Origin: Escherichia coli | GTDB lineage: Bacteria; Pseudomonadota; Gammaproteobacteria; Enterobacterales; Enterobacteriaceae | NCBI RefSeq assembly: GCF_024700885.2 | Contig: NZ_CP117016.1 | DNA: 64,000 nucleotides | Reading direction: 5' to 3' (one strand) | Part shown: in pieces, positions 14,131 through 25,938 of the stretch | Position numbering within the stretch: the first letter of the stretch is position 1 | Layout of the letters: every line of letters starts with the position of its first letter | The notes under the pieces: generated by a model | Database searches by the model: none | Seen by the model: the letters and a program-made list of their open reading frames with translations, nothing else | What the model was told of the DNA's origin: nothing | Program-made: the position numbers and the translations under genes

Positions 14131-14520
14131 ATGATAAGAAATGTGAAAAAACAAAGACCTGTTAATCTGGACCTACAGACCATCCGGTTCCCCATCACGG
14201 CGATAGCGTCCATTCTCCATCGCGTTTCCGGTGTGATCACCTTTGTTGCAGTGGGCATCCTGCTGTGGCTTCTGGGTACCAGCCTCTCTTCCCCTGAAGG
14301 TTTCGAGCAAGCTTCTGCGATTATGGGCAGCTTCTTCGTCAAATTTATCATGTGGGGCATCCTTACCGCTCTGGCGTATCACGTCGTCGTAGGTATTCGC
14401 CACATGATGATGGATTTTGGCTATCTGGAAGAAACATTCGAAGCGGGTAAACGCTCCGCCAAAATCTCCTTTGTTATTACTGTCGTGCTTTCACTTCTCG
14501 CAGGAGTCCTCGTATGGTAA
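14131..14520 (+). CDS. sdhC: Succinate dehydrogenase cytochrome b556 subunit, 129 aa
   Basis: Start placed at [16 protein letters not shown] to match K-12 SdhC; membrane-anchor hydrophobic profile. Confidence 0.93.
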
Positions 14521-14861
14521 GCAACGCCTCCGCATTAGGACGCAATGGCGTACATGATTTCATCCTCGTTCGCGCTACCGCTATCGTCCTGACGCTCTAC
14601 ATCATTTATATGGTCGGTTTTTTCGCTACCAGTGGCGAGCTGACATATGAAGTCTGGATCGGTTTCTTCGCCTCTGCGTTCACCAAAGTGTTCACCCTGC
14701 TGGCGCTGTTTTCTATCTTGATTCATGCCTGGATCGGCATGTGGCAGGTGTTGACCGACTACGTTAAACCGCTGGCCTTGCGCCTGATGCTGCAACTGGT
14801 GATTGTCGTTGCACTGGTGGTTTACGTGATTTATGGATTCGTTGTGGTGTGGGGTGTGTGA
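14514..14861 (+). CDS. sdhD: Succinate dehydrogenase hydrophobic membrane anchor, 115 aa
   Basis: Overlaps sdhC stop; length matches SdhD. Confidence 0.95.
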
Positions 14862-16627
14862 TGAAATTGCCAGTCAGAGAATTTGATGCAGTTGTGATTG
14901 GTGCCGGTGGCGCAGGTATGCGCGCGGCGCTGCAAATTTCCCAGAGCGGTCAGACCTGTGCGCTGCTCTCTAAAGTCTTCCCGACCCGTTCCCATACCGT
15001 TTCTGCGCAAGGCGGCATTACCGTTGCGCTGGGTAATACCCATGAAGATAACTGGGAATGGCATATGTACGATACCGTAAAAGGGTCGGACTATATCGGT
15101 GACCAGGACGCGATTGAATATATGTGTAAAACCGGGCCGGAAGCGATTCTGGAACTCGAACACATGGGCCTGCCGTTCTCGCGTCTTGATGATGGTCGTA
15201 TCTATCAACGTCCGTTTGGCGGTCAGTCGAAAAACTTCGGCGGCGAGCAGGCGGCACGCACTGCGGCGGCTGCTGACCGTACCGGTCACGCACTGTTGCA
15301 CACCCTTTATCAGCAGAACCTGAAAAACCATACAACCATTTTCTCCGAGTGGTATGCGCTGGATCTGGTGAAGAACCAGGATGGCGCAGTGGTCGGTTGT
15401 ACCGCATTGTGCATCGAAACTGGTGAAGTGGTTTATTTCAAAGCCCGCGCTACCGTGCTGGCGACTGGCGGGGCAGGGCGTATTTATCAGTCCACTACCA
15501 ACGCCCACATTAACACTGGCGACGGCGTCGGCATGGCTATCCGTGCAGGCGTACCAGTGCAGGATATGGAAATGTGGCAGTTCCACCCGACTGGTATTGC
15601 CGGTGCGGGCGTCCTGGTCACCGAAGGGTGCCGTGGTGAAGGCGGTTATCTGCTGAACAAACATGGCGAACGCTTTATGGAGCGTTATGCGCCGAACGCC
15701 AAAGACCTGGCGGGCCGTGACGTGGTGGCGCGTTCCATCATGATCGAAATCCGTGAAGGTCGCGGCTGTGATGGTCCGTGGGGGCCACACGCAAAACTGA
15801 AACTTGACCACCTGGGTAAAGAAGTTCTCGAATCCCGTCTGCCGGGTATTCTGGAACTCTCCCGTACCTTCGCTCACGTTGATCCGGTGAAAGAGCCGAT
15901 TCCGGTTATCCCAACCTGTCACTACATGATGGGCGGTATTCCGACCAAAGTGACCGGTCAGGCGCTGACGGTGAACGAGAAAGGCGAAGATGTGGTGGTT
16001 CCGGGGCTGTTTGCCGTTGGTGAAATCGCTTGTGTATCGGTACACGGCGCTAACCGTCTGGGCGGCAACTCGCTGCTGGACCTGGTGGTCTTTGGTCGTG
16101 CGGCAGGTCTGCATCTGCAAGAGTCTATCGCCGAGCAGGGCGCACTGCGCGATGCCAGCGAGTCTGATGTTGAAGCGTCTCTGGATCGTCTGAACCGCTG
16201 GAACAACAACCGTAACGGTGAAGATCCGGTGGCGATCCGTAAAGCGCTGCAAGAATGTATGCAGCATAACTTCTCGGTCTTCCGTGAAGGTGATGCGATG
16301 GCGAAAGGGCTTGAGCAGTTGAAAGTGATCCGCGAGCGTCTGAAAAATGCCCGTCTGGATGACACTTCCTGCGAGTTCAACACCCAGCGCGTTGAGTGCC
16401 TGGAACTGGATAACCTGATGGAAACGGCGTATGCAACGGCTGTTTCTGCCAACTTCCGTACCGAAAGCCGTGGCGCGCATAGCCGCTTCGACTTCCCGGA
16501 TCGTGATGATGAAAACTGGCTGTGCCACTCCCTGTATCTGCCAGAGTCGGAATCCATGACGCGCCGAAGCGTCAACATGGAACCGAAACTGCGCCCGGCA
16601 TTCCCGCCGAAGATTCGTACTTACTAA
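14861..16627 (+). CDS. sdhA: Succinate dehydrogenase flavoprotein subunit, 588 aa
   Basis: ATG at 14861 overlaps the sdhD stop (TGATG); [27 protein letters not shown]-binding N-terminus. Confidence 0.96.
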   Translation: MKLPVREFDAVVIGAGGAGMRAALQISQSGQTCALLSKVFPTRSHTVSAQGGITVALGNTHEDNWEWHMYDTVKGSDYIGDQDAIEYMCKTGPEAILELEHMGLPFSRLDDGRIYQRPFGGQSKNFGGEQAARTAAAADRTGHALLHTLYQQNLKNHTTIFSEWYALDLVKNQDGAVVGCTALCIETGEVVYFKARATVLATGGAGRIYQSTTNAHINTGDGVGMAIRAGVPVQDMEMWQFHPTGIAGAGVLVTEGCRGEGGYLLNKHGERFMERYAPNAKDLAGRDVVARSIMIEIREGRGCDGPWGPHAKLKLDHLGKEVLESRLPGILELSRTFAHVDPVKEPIPVIPTCHYMMGGIPTKVTGQALTVNEKGEDVVVPGLFAVGEIACVSVHGANRLGGNSLLDLVVFGRAAGLHLQESIAEQGALRDASESDVEASLDRLNRWNNNRNGEDPVAIRKALQECMQHNFSVFREGDAMAKGLEQLKVIRERLKNARLDDTSCEFNTQRVECLELDNLMETAYATAVSANFRTESRGAHSRFDFPDRDDENWLCHSLYLPESESMTRRSVNMEPKLRPAFPPKIRTY

Positions 16628-16642
16628 TGCGGAGACAGGAAA

Positions 16643-17359
16643 ATGAGACTCGAGTTTTCAATTTATCGCTATAACCCGGATGTTGATGATGCTCCGCGTA
16701 TGCAGGATTACACCCTGGAAGCGGAAGAAGGTCGTGACATGATGCTGCTGGATGCGCTTATCCAGCTGAAAGAGAAAGATCCCAGCCTGTCGTTCCGCCG
16801 CTCCTGCCGTGAAGGTGTGTGCGGTTCCGACGGTCTGAACATGAACGGCAAGAATGGTCTGGCCTGTATTACCCCGATTTCGGCACTCAACCAGCCAGGC
16901 AAGAAGATTGTGATTCGCCCGCTGCCAGGTTTACCGGTGATCCGCGATTTGGTGGTAGACATGGGACAATTCTATGCGCAATATGAGAAAATTAAGCCTT
17001 ACCTGTTGAATAATGGACAAAATCCGCCAGCTCGCGAGCATTTACAGATGCCAGAGCAGCGCGAAAAACTCGACGGGTTGTATGAATGTATTCTCTGCGC
17101 ATGTTGTTCAACCTCTTGTCCGTCTTTCTGGTGGAATCCCGATAAGTTTATCGGCCCGGCAGGCTTGTTAGCGGCATATCGTTTCCTGATCGATAGCCGT
17201 GATACCGAGACTGACAGTCGCCTCGACGGTTTGAGCGATGCATTCAGTGTATTCCGCTGTCACAGCATCATGAACTGCGTCAGTGTATGTCCGAAGGGGC
17301 TGAACCCGACGCGCGCCATCGGCCATATCAAGTCGATGTTGTTGCAACGTAATGCGTAA
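16643..17359 (+). CDS. sdhB: Succinate dehydrogenase iron-sulfur subunit, 238 aa
   Basis: Cys clusters for Fe-S centres; operon position. Confidence 0.96.
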   Translation: MRLEFSIYRYNPDVDDAPRMQDYTLEAEEGRDMMLLDALIQLKEKDPSLSFRRSCREGVCGSDGLNMNGKNGLACITPISALNQPGKKIVIRPLPGLPVIRDLVVDMGQFYAQYEKIKPYLLNNGQNPPAREHLQMPEQREKLDGLYECILCACCSTSCPSFWWNPDKFIGPAGLLAAYRFLIDSRDTETDSRLDGLSDAFSVFRCHSIMNCVSVCPKGLNPTRAIGHIKSMLLQRNA

Positions 17360-17559
17360 TTAAATGTTGATGCCGGGGAAATCCCCCGGCTATTCAGGAA
17401 ATCTTTAAAAACTGCCCCTGACACTAAGACAGTTTTTAAAGGTTCCTTCGCGAGCCACTACGTAGACAAGAGCTCGCAAGTGAACCCCGGCACGCACATC
17501 ACTGTGCGTGGTAGTATCCACGGCGAAGTAAGCATAAAAAAGATGCTTAAGGGATCACG

Positions 17560-20361
17560 ATGCAGAACAGCGCTTTGAAAGCCTGGTTGGACTCTTCTTA
17601 CCTCTCTGGCGCAAACCAGAGCTGGATAGAACAGCTCTATGAAGACTTCTTAACCGATCCTGACTCGGTTGACGCTAACTGGCGTTCGACGTTCCAGCAG
17701 TTACCTGGTACGGGAGTCAAACCGGATCAATTCCACTCTCAAACGCGTGAATATTTCCGCCGCCTGGCGAAAGACGCTTCACGTTACTCTTCAACGATCT
17801 CCGACCCTGACACCAATGTGAAGCAGGTTAAAGTCCTGCAGCTCATTAACGCATACCGCTTCCGTGGTCACCAGCATGCGAATCTCGATCCGCTGGGACT
17901 GTGGCAGCAAGATAAAGTGGCCGATCTGGATCCGTCTTTCCACGATCTGACCGAAGCAGACTTCCAGGAGACCTTCAACGTCGGTTCATTTGCCAGCGGC
18001 AAAGAAACCATGAAACTCGGCGAGCTGCTGGAAGCCCTCAAGCAAACCTACTGCGGCCCGATTGGTGCCGAGTATATGCATATTACCAGCACCGAAGAAA
18101 AACGCTGGATCCAACAGCGTATCGAGTCTGGTCGCGCGACTTTCAATAGCGAAGAGAAAAAACGCTTCTTAAGCGAACTGACCGCCGCTGAAGGCCTTGA
18201 ACGTTACCTCGGCGCAAAATTCCCTGGCGCAAAACGCTTCTCGCTGGAAGGCGGTGACGCGTTAATCCCGATGCTTAAAGAGATGATCCGCCACGCTGGC
18301 AACAGCGGCACCCGCGAAGTGGTTCTCGGGATGGCGCACCGTGGTCGTCTGAACGTGCTGGTGAACGTGCTGGGTAAAAAACCGCAAGACTTGTTCGACG
18401 AGTTTGCCGGTAAACATAAAGAACACCTCGGCACGGGCGACGTGAAATACCACATGGGCTTCTCGTCTGACTTCCAGACCGATGGCGGCCTGGTGCACCT
18501 GGCGCTGGCGTTTAACCCGTCTCACCTTGAGATTGTAAGCCCGGTCGTTATCGGTTCTGTTCGTGCCCGTCTGGACAGACTTGATGAGCCGAGCAGCAAC
18601 AAAGTGCTGCCAATCACCATTCATGGTGACGCCGCAGTGACCGGGCAGGGCGTGGTTCAGGAAACCCTGAACATGTCGAAAGCGCGTGGTTATGAAGTTG
18701 GCGGTACGGTACGTATCGTTATCAACAACCAGGTTGGCTTCACCACCTCTAACCCGCTGGATGCCCGTTCGACGCCGTACTGTACTGATATCGGTAAGAT
18801 GGTTCAGGCACCGATTTTCCACGTAAACGCGGATGATCCGGAAGCCGTTGCCTTTGTGACCCGTCTGGCGCTCGATTTCCGTAACACCTTTAAACGTGAT
18901 GTCTTCATCGACCTGGTGTGCTACCGCCGTCACGGCCACAACGAAGCCGACGAGCCGAGCGCAACCCAGCCGCTGATGTATCAGAAAATCAAAAAACATC
19001 CAACGCCGCGCAAAATCTACGCAGACAAGCTGGAGCAGGAAAAAGTGGCGACGCTGGAAGATGCCACCGAGATGGTTAACCTGTACCGCGATGCGCTGGA
19101 TGCTGGCGATTGCGTAGTGGCAGAGTGGCGTCCGATGAACATGCACTCTTTCACCTGGTCGCCGTATCTCAACCACGAATGGGACGAAGAGTACCCGAAC
19201 AAAGTTGAGATGAAGCGCCTGCAGGAACTGGCTAAACGCATCAGCACGGTGCCGGAAGCAGTTGAAATGCAGTCTCGCGTTGCCAAGATTTATGGCGATC
19301 GCCAGGCGATGGCAGCTGGTGAGAAACTGTTCGACTGGGGCGGCGCGGAAAACCTCGCTTACGCCACGCTGGTTGACGAAGGCATTCCGGTTCGCCTGTC
19401 GGGTGAAGACTCCGGTCGCGGTACCTTCTTCCACCGCCACGCGGTGATCCACAACCAGTCTAACGGTTCCACTTACACGCCGCTGCAACACATCCATAAC
19501 GGCCAGGGCGCGTTCCGTGTCTGGGACTCCGTACTGTCTGAAGAAGCCGTGCTGGCGTTTGAATACGGTTATGCCACCGCAGAACCACGCACTCTGACTA
19601 TCTGGGAAGCACAGTTCGGTGACTTCGCTAACGGTGCTCAGGTGGTTATCGACCAGTTCATCTCCTCTGGCGAGCAGAAATGGGGCCGGATGTGTGGTCT
19701 GGTGATGTTGCTGCCGCACGGTTACGAAGGGCAGGGACCGGAGCACTCCTCCGCGCGTCTGGAACGTTATCTGCAACTTTGCGCTGAGCAAAACATGCAG
19801 GTGTGCGTACCGTCTACCCCGGCACAGGTTTACCACATGCTGCGTCGTCAGGCGTTGCGCGGGATGCGTCGTCCACTGGTCGTGATGTCGCCGAAATCCC
19901 TGCTGCGTCATCCGCTGGCGGTATCCAGCCTCGAAGAACTGGCGAACGGCACCTTCCTGCCAGCCATCGGTGAAATCGACGAACTTGATCCGAAGGGCGT
20001 GAAGCGCGTAGTGATGTGTTCTGGTAAGGTTTATTACGACCTGCTGGAACAACGTCGTAAGAACAATCAACACGATGTCGCCATTGTGCGTATCGAGCAA
20101 CTCTACCCGTTCCCGCATAAAGCGATGCAGGAAGTGTTGCAGCAGTTTGCTCACGTCAAGGATTTTGTCTGGTGCCAGGAAGAGCCGCTCAACCAGGGCG
20201 CATGGTACTGCAGCCAGCATCATTTCCGTGAAGTGATTCCGTTTGGGGCTTCTCTGCGTTATGCAGGCCGCCCGGCCTCCGCCTCTCCGGCGGTAGGGTA
20301 TATGTCCGTTCACCAGAAACAGCAACAAGATCTGGTTAATGACGCGCTGAACGTCGAATAA
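17560..20361 (+). CDS. sucA: 2-oxoglutarate dehydrogenase E1 component, 933 aa
   Basis: Length and sequence match E. coli SucA. Confidence 0.97.
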   Translation: MQNSALKAWLDSSYLSGANQSWIEQLYEDFLTDPDSVDANWRSTFQQLPGTGVKPDQFHSQTREYFRRLAKDASRYSSTISDPDTNVKQVKVLQLINAYRFRGHQHANLDPLGLWQQDKVADLDPSFHDLTEADFQETFNVGSFASGKETMKLGELLEALKQTYCGPIGAEYMHITSTEEKRWIQQRIESGRATFNSEEKKRFLSELTAAEGLERYLGAKFPGAKRFSLEGGDALIPMLKEMIRHAGNSGTREVVLGMAHRGRLNVLVNVLGKKPQDLFDEFAGKHKEHLGTGDVKYHMGFSSDFQTDGGLVHLALAFNPSHLEIVSPVVIGSVRARLDRLDEPSSNKVLPITIHGDAAVTGQGVVQETLNMSKARGYEVGGTVRIVINNQVGFTTSNPLDARSTPYCTDIGKMVQAPIFHVNADDPEAVAFVTRLALDFRNTFKRDVFIDLVCYRRHGHNEADEPSATQPLMYQKIKKHPTPRKIYADKLEQEKVATLEDATEMVNLYRDALDAGDCVVAEWRPMNMHSFTWSPYLNHEWDEEYPNKVEMKRLQELAKRISTVPEAVEMQSRVAKIYGDRQAMAAGEKLFDWGGAENLAYATLVDEGIPVRLSGEDSGRGTFFHRHAVIHNQSNGSTYTPLQHIHNGQGAFRVWDSVLSEEAVLAFEYGYATAEPRTLTIWEAQFGDFANGAQVVIDQFISSGEQKWGRMCGLVMLLPHGYEGQGPEHSSARLERYLQLCAEQNMQVCVPSTPAQVYHMLRRQALRGMRRPLVVMSPKSLLRHPLAVSSLEELANGTFLPAIGEIDELDPKGVKRVVMCSGKVYYDLLEQRRKNNQHDVAIVRIEQLYPFPHKAMQEVLQQFAHVKDFVWCQEEPLNQGAWYCSQHHFREVIPFGASLRYAGRPASASPAVGYMSVHQKQQQDLVNDALNVE

Positions 20362-20375
20362 ATAAAGGATACACA

Positions 20376-21593
20376 ATGAGTAGCGTAGATATTCTGGTCC
20401 CTGACCTGCCTGAATCCGTAGCCGATGCCACCGTCGCAACCTGGCATAAAAAACCCGGCGACGCAGTCGTACGTGATGAAGTGCTGGTAGAAATCGAAAC
20501 TGACAAAGTGGTACTGGAAGTACCGGCATCAGCAGACGGCATTCTGGATGCGGTTCTGGAAGATGAAGGTACAACGGTAACGTCTCGTCAGATCCTTGGT
20601 CGCCTGCGTGAAGGCAACAGCGCCGGTAAAGAAACCAGCGCCAAATCTGAAGAGAAAGCGTCCACTCCGGCGCAACGCCAGCAGGCGTCTCTGGAAGAGC
20701 AAAACAACGATGCGTTAAGCCCGGCGATCCGCCGACTCTTGGCTGAACACAACCTCGACGCCAGCGCCATTAAAGGCACCGGTGTGGGTGGTCGTCTGAC
20801 TCGTGAAGATGTGGAAAAACATCTGGCGAAAGCCCCGGCGAAAGAGTCTGCTCCGGCAGCGGCTGCTCCGGCGGCGCAACCGGCTCTGGCTGCACGTAGC
20901 GAAAAACGTGTGCCGATGACTCGCCTGCGTAAGCGTGTGGCAGAGCGTCTGCTTGAAGCGAAAAACTCCACCGCTATGCTGACCACGTTCAACGAAGTCA
21001 ACATGAAGCCGATTATGGATCTGCGTAAGCAGTACGGTGAAGCGTTTGAAAAACGTCACGGTATTCGTCTGGGCTTTATGTCCTTCTACGTGAAAGCGGT
21101 GGTTGAAGCCCTGAAACGTTACCCGGAAGTGAACGCGTCTATCGACGGCGATGATGTGGTTTACCACAACTATTTCGACGTCAGCATGGCGGTTTCTACG
21201 CCGCGCGGCCTGGTGACGCCGGTACTGCGTGATGTCGATACCCTAGGCATGGCAGACATCGAGAAGAAAATCAAAGAGCTGGCAGTTAAAGGCCGTGACG
21301 GCAAGCTGACGGTTGAAGATCTGACCGGTGGTAACTTCACCATCACCAACGGTGGTGTGTTCGGTTCCCTGATGTCTACGCCGATCATCAACCCGCCGCA
21401 GAGCGCAATTCTGGGTATGCACGCTATCAAAGATCGTCCGATGGCGGTGAATGGTCAGGTTGAGATCCTGCCGATGATGTACCTGGCGCTGTCCTACGAT
21501 CACCGTCTGATCGATGGTCGCGAATCCGTGGGCTTCCTGGTAACGATCAAAGAGTTGCTGGAAGATCCGACGCGTCTGCTGCTGGACGTGTAG
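20376..21593 (+). CDS. sucB: 2-oxoglutarate dehydrogenase E2 dihydrolipoyl succinyltransferase, 405 aa
   Basis: Lipoyl-domain N-terminus ([11 protein letters not shown]), Ala/Pro linker, catalytic C-terminus DHRLIDG. Confidence 0.97.
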
Positions 21594-21686
21594 TAGTTTA
21601 AGTTTCACCTGCACTGTAGACCGACGTGGATATGGTGTCGGTCTACGGTTTAAAAGATAACGATTACTGAAGGATGGACAGAACAC

Positions 21687-22853
21687 ATGAACTTACATGA
21701 ATATCAGGCAAAACAACTTTTTGCCCGCTATGGCTTACCAGCACCGGTGGGTTATGCCTGTACTACTCCGCGCGAAGCAGAAGAAGCCGCTTCAAAAATC
21801 GGTGCCGGTCCGTGGGTAGTGAAATGTCAGGTTCACGCTGGTGGCCGCGGTAAAGCGGGCGGTGTGAAAGTTGTAAACAGCAAAGAAGACATCCGTGCTT
21901 TTGCAGAAAACTGGCTGGGCAAGCGTCTGGTAACGTATCAAACAGATGCCAATGGCCAACCGGTTAACCAGATTCTGGTTGAAGCAGCGACCGATATCGC
22001 TAAAGAGCTGTATCTCGGTGCCGTTGTTGACCGTAGTTCCCGTCGTGTGGTCTTTATGGCCTCCACCGAAGGCGGCGTGGAAATCGAAAAAGTGGCGGAA
22101 GAAACTCCGCACCTGATCCACAAAGTTGCGCTTGATCCGCTGACTGGCCCGATGCCGTATCAGGGACGCGAGCTGGCGTTCAAACTGGGTCTGGAAGGTA
22201 AACTGGTTCAGCAGTTCACCAAAATCTTCATGGGCCTGGCGACCATTTTCCTGGAGCGCGACCTGGCGCTGATCGAAATCAACCCGCTGGTCATCACCAA
22301 ACAGGGCGATCTGATTTGCCTCGACGGCAAACTGGGCGCTGATGGCAACGCACTGTTCCGCCAGCCTGATCTGCGCGAAATGCGTGACCAGTCGCAGGAA
22401 GATCCACGTGAAGCACAGGCTGCACAGTGGGAACTGAACTACGTTGCGCTGGACGGTAACATCGGTTGTATGGTTAACGGCGCAGGTCTGGCGATGGGTA
22501 CGATGGACATCGTTAAACTGCACGGCGGCGAACCAGCTAACTTCCTTGACGTTGGCGGCGGCGCAACCAAAGAACGTGTAACCGAAGCGTTCAAAATCAT
22601 CCTCTCTGACGACAAAGTGAAAGCCGTTCTGGTTAACATCTTCGGCGGTATCGTTCGTTGCGACCTGATCGCTGACGGTATCATCGGCGCGGTAGCGGAA
22701 GTGGGTGTTAACGTACCGGTCGTGGTACGTCTGGAAGGTAACAACGCCGAACTCGGCGCGAAGAAACTGGCTGACAGCGGCCTGAATATTATTGCAGCAA
22801 AAGGTCTGACGGATGCAGCTCAGCAGGTTGTTGCCGCAGTGGAGGGGAAATAA
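21687..22853 (+). CDS. sucC: Succinyl-CoA synthetase beta subunit, 388 aa
   Basis: [21 protein letters not shown]-grasp N-terminus. Confidence 0.97.
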
Positions 22854-23722
22854 TGTCCATTTTAATTGATAAAAACACCAAGGTTATCTGCCAGGGCTTT
22901 ACCGGTAGCCAGGGGACTTTCCACTCTGAACAAGCCATTGCATACGGCACTAAAATGGTTGGCGGTGTAACCCCAGGTAAAGGCGGCACCACCCACCTCG
23001 GCCTGCCGGTGTTCAACACCGTGCGTGAAGCTGTTGCTGCTACTGGCGCTACCGCTTCTGTTATCTACGTACCAGCACCGTTCTGCAAAGACTCCATTCT
23101 GGAAGCTATCGATGCAGGCATCAAACTGATTATCACCATCACTGAAGGCATCCCGACGCTGGATATGCTGACCGTGAAGGTGAAACTGGATGAAGCGGGC
23201 GTTCGCATGATCGGCCCGAACTGCCCAGGCGTTATCACTCCGGGTGAATGCAAAATCGGTATCCAGCCTGGTCACATTCACAAACCGGGTAAAGTGGGTA
23301 TCGTTTCCCGTTCCGGTACACTGACCTATGAAGCGGTGAAACAGACCACGGATTACGGTTTCGGTCAGTCGACCTGTGTTGGTATCGGCGGCGACCCGAT
23401 CCCTGGCTCTAACTTTATCGACATCCTCGAAATGTTCGAAAAAGATCCGCAGACCGAAGCGATCGTGATGATCGGTGAGATCGGCGGTAGCGCTGAAGAA
23501 GAAGCGGCTGCGTACATCAAAGAGCACGTTACCAAGCCTGTTGTGGGTTACATCGCTGGTGTGACTGCGCCGAAAGGCAAACGTATGGGCCACGCGGGTG
23601 CCATCATTGCTGGTGGGAAAGGGACTGCGGATGAGAAATTCGCTGCTCTGGAAGCCGCAGGCGTGAAAACCGTTCGCAGCCTGGCGGATATCGGTGAAGC
23701 ACTGAAAACTGTTCTGAAATAA
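22853..23722 (+). CDS. sucD: Succinyl-CoA synthetase alpha subunit, 289 aa
   Basis: Start overlaps sucC stop (ATAATG); CoA-binding [24 protein letters not shown]. Confidence 0.97.
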
Positions 23723-23822
23723 ATATCTGTAATAAGAAATAGCCCTCGCCGCTTCCCTCTACAGGAATGGCGAAGGGTTGTCGGTTTCGACATGGTTGGC
23801 CATCGTATGATGGCCTTTTTTA
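23723..23822 (+). ncRNA. sdhX: Probable SdhX (RybD) 3'-UTR-derived sRNA of the sdh-suc transcript
   Basis: About 100 nt between the sucD stop and a strong intrinsic terminator; in E. coli this 3' UTR is known to give rise to SdhX; exact 5' end not determinable from sequence. Confidence 0.5.
23798..23822 (+). terminator. Rho-independent terminator of the sdh-suc operon
   Basis: Hairpin GGCCATCGTATGATGGCC followed by TTTTTT. Confidence 0.85.
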
Positions 23823-24387
23823 TGCCTTAAATGTTAACCACGGTCGAAATCTGACCGCTGGCTTGACTGCATGACCACAGCCACTGTGGATTGCCGCAAC
23901 CGACCGCAAGCCACGAATAAGAACGACGGCGAATTTCGAATCGTTACCTGATGCACTGGCTTCCCAGCGTTTGACCGTAGCGTTAAGTAAATCAACAAAA
24001 GCGATGTTCACCGCTTATCGTCAAGTCGTGCCATTTGTCAGCCAGGATCGGGTCTTTACCCCGGATATTGCAGCATCGCAAAAATTCTTAGAGGGATATG
24101 CTATAAATCAAAAATAAAATCTTTGTTGATTGTTTATCATAATATCCACAGATATGATAAATGATATCAATTTAATAATTTTCACTTAATGTGATTCCGG
24201 ATAATTCGAAAGGCGCTGTGCTTTTCGGATTATTATTATCTGATTAAGATATTTGTCACGCCAGGCTTACTGGGTTATAAATGTCAATCATGATTCTTAT
24301 AAATTATTTATTGCTGCTTTGGTTACCATTACTTCGTAATAAGTAATGTATTTTTGATGGTTTAAACTATTTTTAAGGGACGGCATT

Positions 24388-25293
24388 ATGCGAGGAAAAA
24401 TACCTAAAACGGAGCTGCTGGTGACTTTTGAGGTCGTCGCACGTCATGAAAGTTATACCAGAGCGGCAGAGGAGTTAGCGTTAACCCAAAGTGCAGTATT
24501 CAGACAAGTGAGTGCGCTGGAGGAATTTTTACATACTCCGTTATTTTCACACTCTAAAAAACGTATTTTTCTTAATGATGCAGGGAAGTATTACCTGGGG
24601 ATAGTAAAAGAAACATTAAATAAGCTGGAACGCGATACCAATACCATTATGACCTGGCAGCCTACGGTTCAGGTTATTGAACTTGCCGTGAATCCTACGT
24701 TTAGTACCCACTGGTTAATCCCAAATTTACATGAATTCACAAAGTTACATCCCGATATTATTGTTAATATTCATTCTTTAGCTAATAACGGCGATTTTCT
24801 TAATCGGGAGTACGATGCTGTCATTATGCGCGAAAATTTTTGCGCGCCCTGGGCGGAAGTAGAATATCTCTTTGAAGAGGAGATTTTGCCGGTATGCAGC
24901 GGCAGTTTGCTTGCAATGTCCGATCAAAAACTGTCAGTGGCAGAACTGCTTACAGAGTTACCACTTCTGCATCAAAGTACCCGTATTACTGGCTGGGAAG
25001 AGTGGTTTGCCTTATCTGGCGTTAGCAGTCCGCTGGTCAACAACGGACCACGTTTCGATTTGCTTTCAATGCTGATTGCCGCCGTGCGCTCGAATCTCGG
25101 CGTGGCGCTGTTACCTCGTTTCGCTATTCAACATGATTTGGATAGTGGCGATATGGTGATCCCCTGTGATGTGCCTATTCGTACCGGTAATCGTTTTATT
25201 ATGACGTGGCAGGAAGAGAAGTCTGACTCACCGCACTTGCAGCAATTTCGTGAATGGTTGCTGGCGAAATCGGTCGTACCGCAGGAGATGTAA
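24388..25293 (+). CDS. LysR-family transcriptional regulator, 301 aa
   Basis: N-terminal HTH (ELALTQSAVFRQVSALEEFL) and LysR substrate-binding-like C-terminal domain; convergent with the distal end of the methylaspartate operon. Confidence 0.85.
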   Translation: MRGKIPKTELLVTFEVVARHESYTRAAEELALTQSAVFRQVSALEEFLHTPLFSHSKKRIFLNDAGKYYLGIVKETLNKLERDTNTIMTWQPTVQVIELAVNPTFSTHWLIPNLHEFTKLHPDIIVNIHSLANNGDFLNREYDAVIMRENFCAPWAEVEYLFEEEILPVCSGSLLAMSDQKLSVAELLTELPLLHQSTRITGWEEWFALSGVSSPLVNNGPRFDLLSMLIAAVRSNLGVALLPRFAIQHDLDSGDMVIPCDVPIRTGNRFIMTWQEEKSDSPHLQQFREWLLAKSVVPQEM

Positions 25294-25326
25294 AACCTGC
25301 GCCTGGCGGGATGCCAGACGCAGTTA

Positions 25327-25929
25327 TTACCAGTCGATACCCGGCTGGGCCTGAATGCCGTTATCAAAAGCATGTTTGACGGGGCGGATTTCGCTTACCG
25401 TATCCGCCATTTTTAATATCTGACTGTGGCAACCGCGTCCGGTGACAATGACACTTTGTTGTGCCGGGCGGTTTTGCAGAGAAGCGATCACTTCTTCGGT
25501 GTCCAGATAATGGTAAGCCAGCATATAGGTCAGCTCATCAAGCACCACTAAGTCGTAACGCTTGTCAGCCAGCATCCGTTTGCTTTCCGACCAGACCTCT
25601 TTCGCCGCGTCGATATCCGCTTGCCGGTTCTGTGTCTCCCAGGTAAAACCGGTTCCCATAATATGAAACTCAACCCCCAGCGGCTGGAGAAGGTTGTATT
25701 CACCGTTGTCCCATTGCCCCTTGATGTACTGCGCAACCCCCACCGTTTTGCCATGACCCACCGCGCGCGTCACAGTACCAAACGCGGCAGTGGATTTCCC
25801 TTTGCCGTTGCCGGTGAAAACAATCAAGATCCCTTTTTTCTCTATCGCCGCCGCGACGCGCGTATCGACCTGTTCCTTCAATTTCTGCTGGCGCTGCACA
25901 TGCCGTTCAGTTGAAATTCGCGCTTCCAT
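25327..25929 (-). CDS. ATP:cob(I)alamin adenosyltransferase (CobA/BtuR family paralog), 200 aa
   Basis: Strong resemblance to E. coli BtuR as I recall it (IIVFTGNGKGKTTAAFG P-loop, VVLDELTY, VITGRG, SELRPVKHAF motifs); last gene of the minus-strand operon. Confidence 0.85.
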   Translation of the reverse strand: MEARISTERHVQRQQKLKEQVDTRVAAAIEKKGILIVFTGNGKGKSTAAFGTVTRAVGHGKTVGVAQYIKGQWDNGEYNLLQPLGVEFHIMGTGFTWETQNRQADIDAAKEVWSESKRMLADKRYDLVVLDELTYMLAYHYLDTEEVIASLQNRPAQQSVIVTGRGCHSQILKMADTVSEIRPVKHAFDNGIQAQPGIDW

Positions 25930-25938
25930 TCATTTTCC

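Noticed and set aside
14831-16528. 565-aa ORF on the minus strand
   Set aside because: Antisense to sdhA; same antisense-frame artefact.
17373-17392. GCCGGGGAAATCCCCCGGC hairpin after sdhB as an sdh terminator
   Set aside because: No T-run follows and sdhCDAB-sucABCD is known to be co-transcribed; more likely an mRNA processing or stability element, not annotated.
18262-20574. 770-aa ORF on the minus strand
   Set aside because: Lies entirely antisense to sucA and sucB, which are confidently assigned. The translation is Arg/His/Val-rich low-complexity sequence typical of an antisense frame of a GC-rich highly expressed gene, with no RBS or family resemblance.
21792-23593. Two 243-aa minus-strand ORFs (21792-22523 and 22862-23593)
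   Set aside because: Antisense to sucC and sucD; no independent support.
23820-24011. 63-aa minus-strand ORF just after the sucD terminator, considered as a possible mngR remnant
   Set aside because: Translation does not resemble a GntR-family C-terminus as far as I can judge and the ORF has no start context. Left unannotated; a reference alignment would be needed to say whether any mngR remnant survives.
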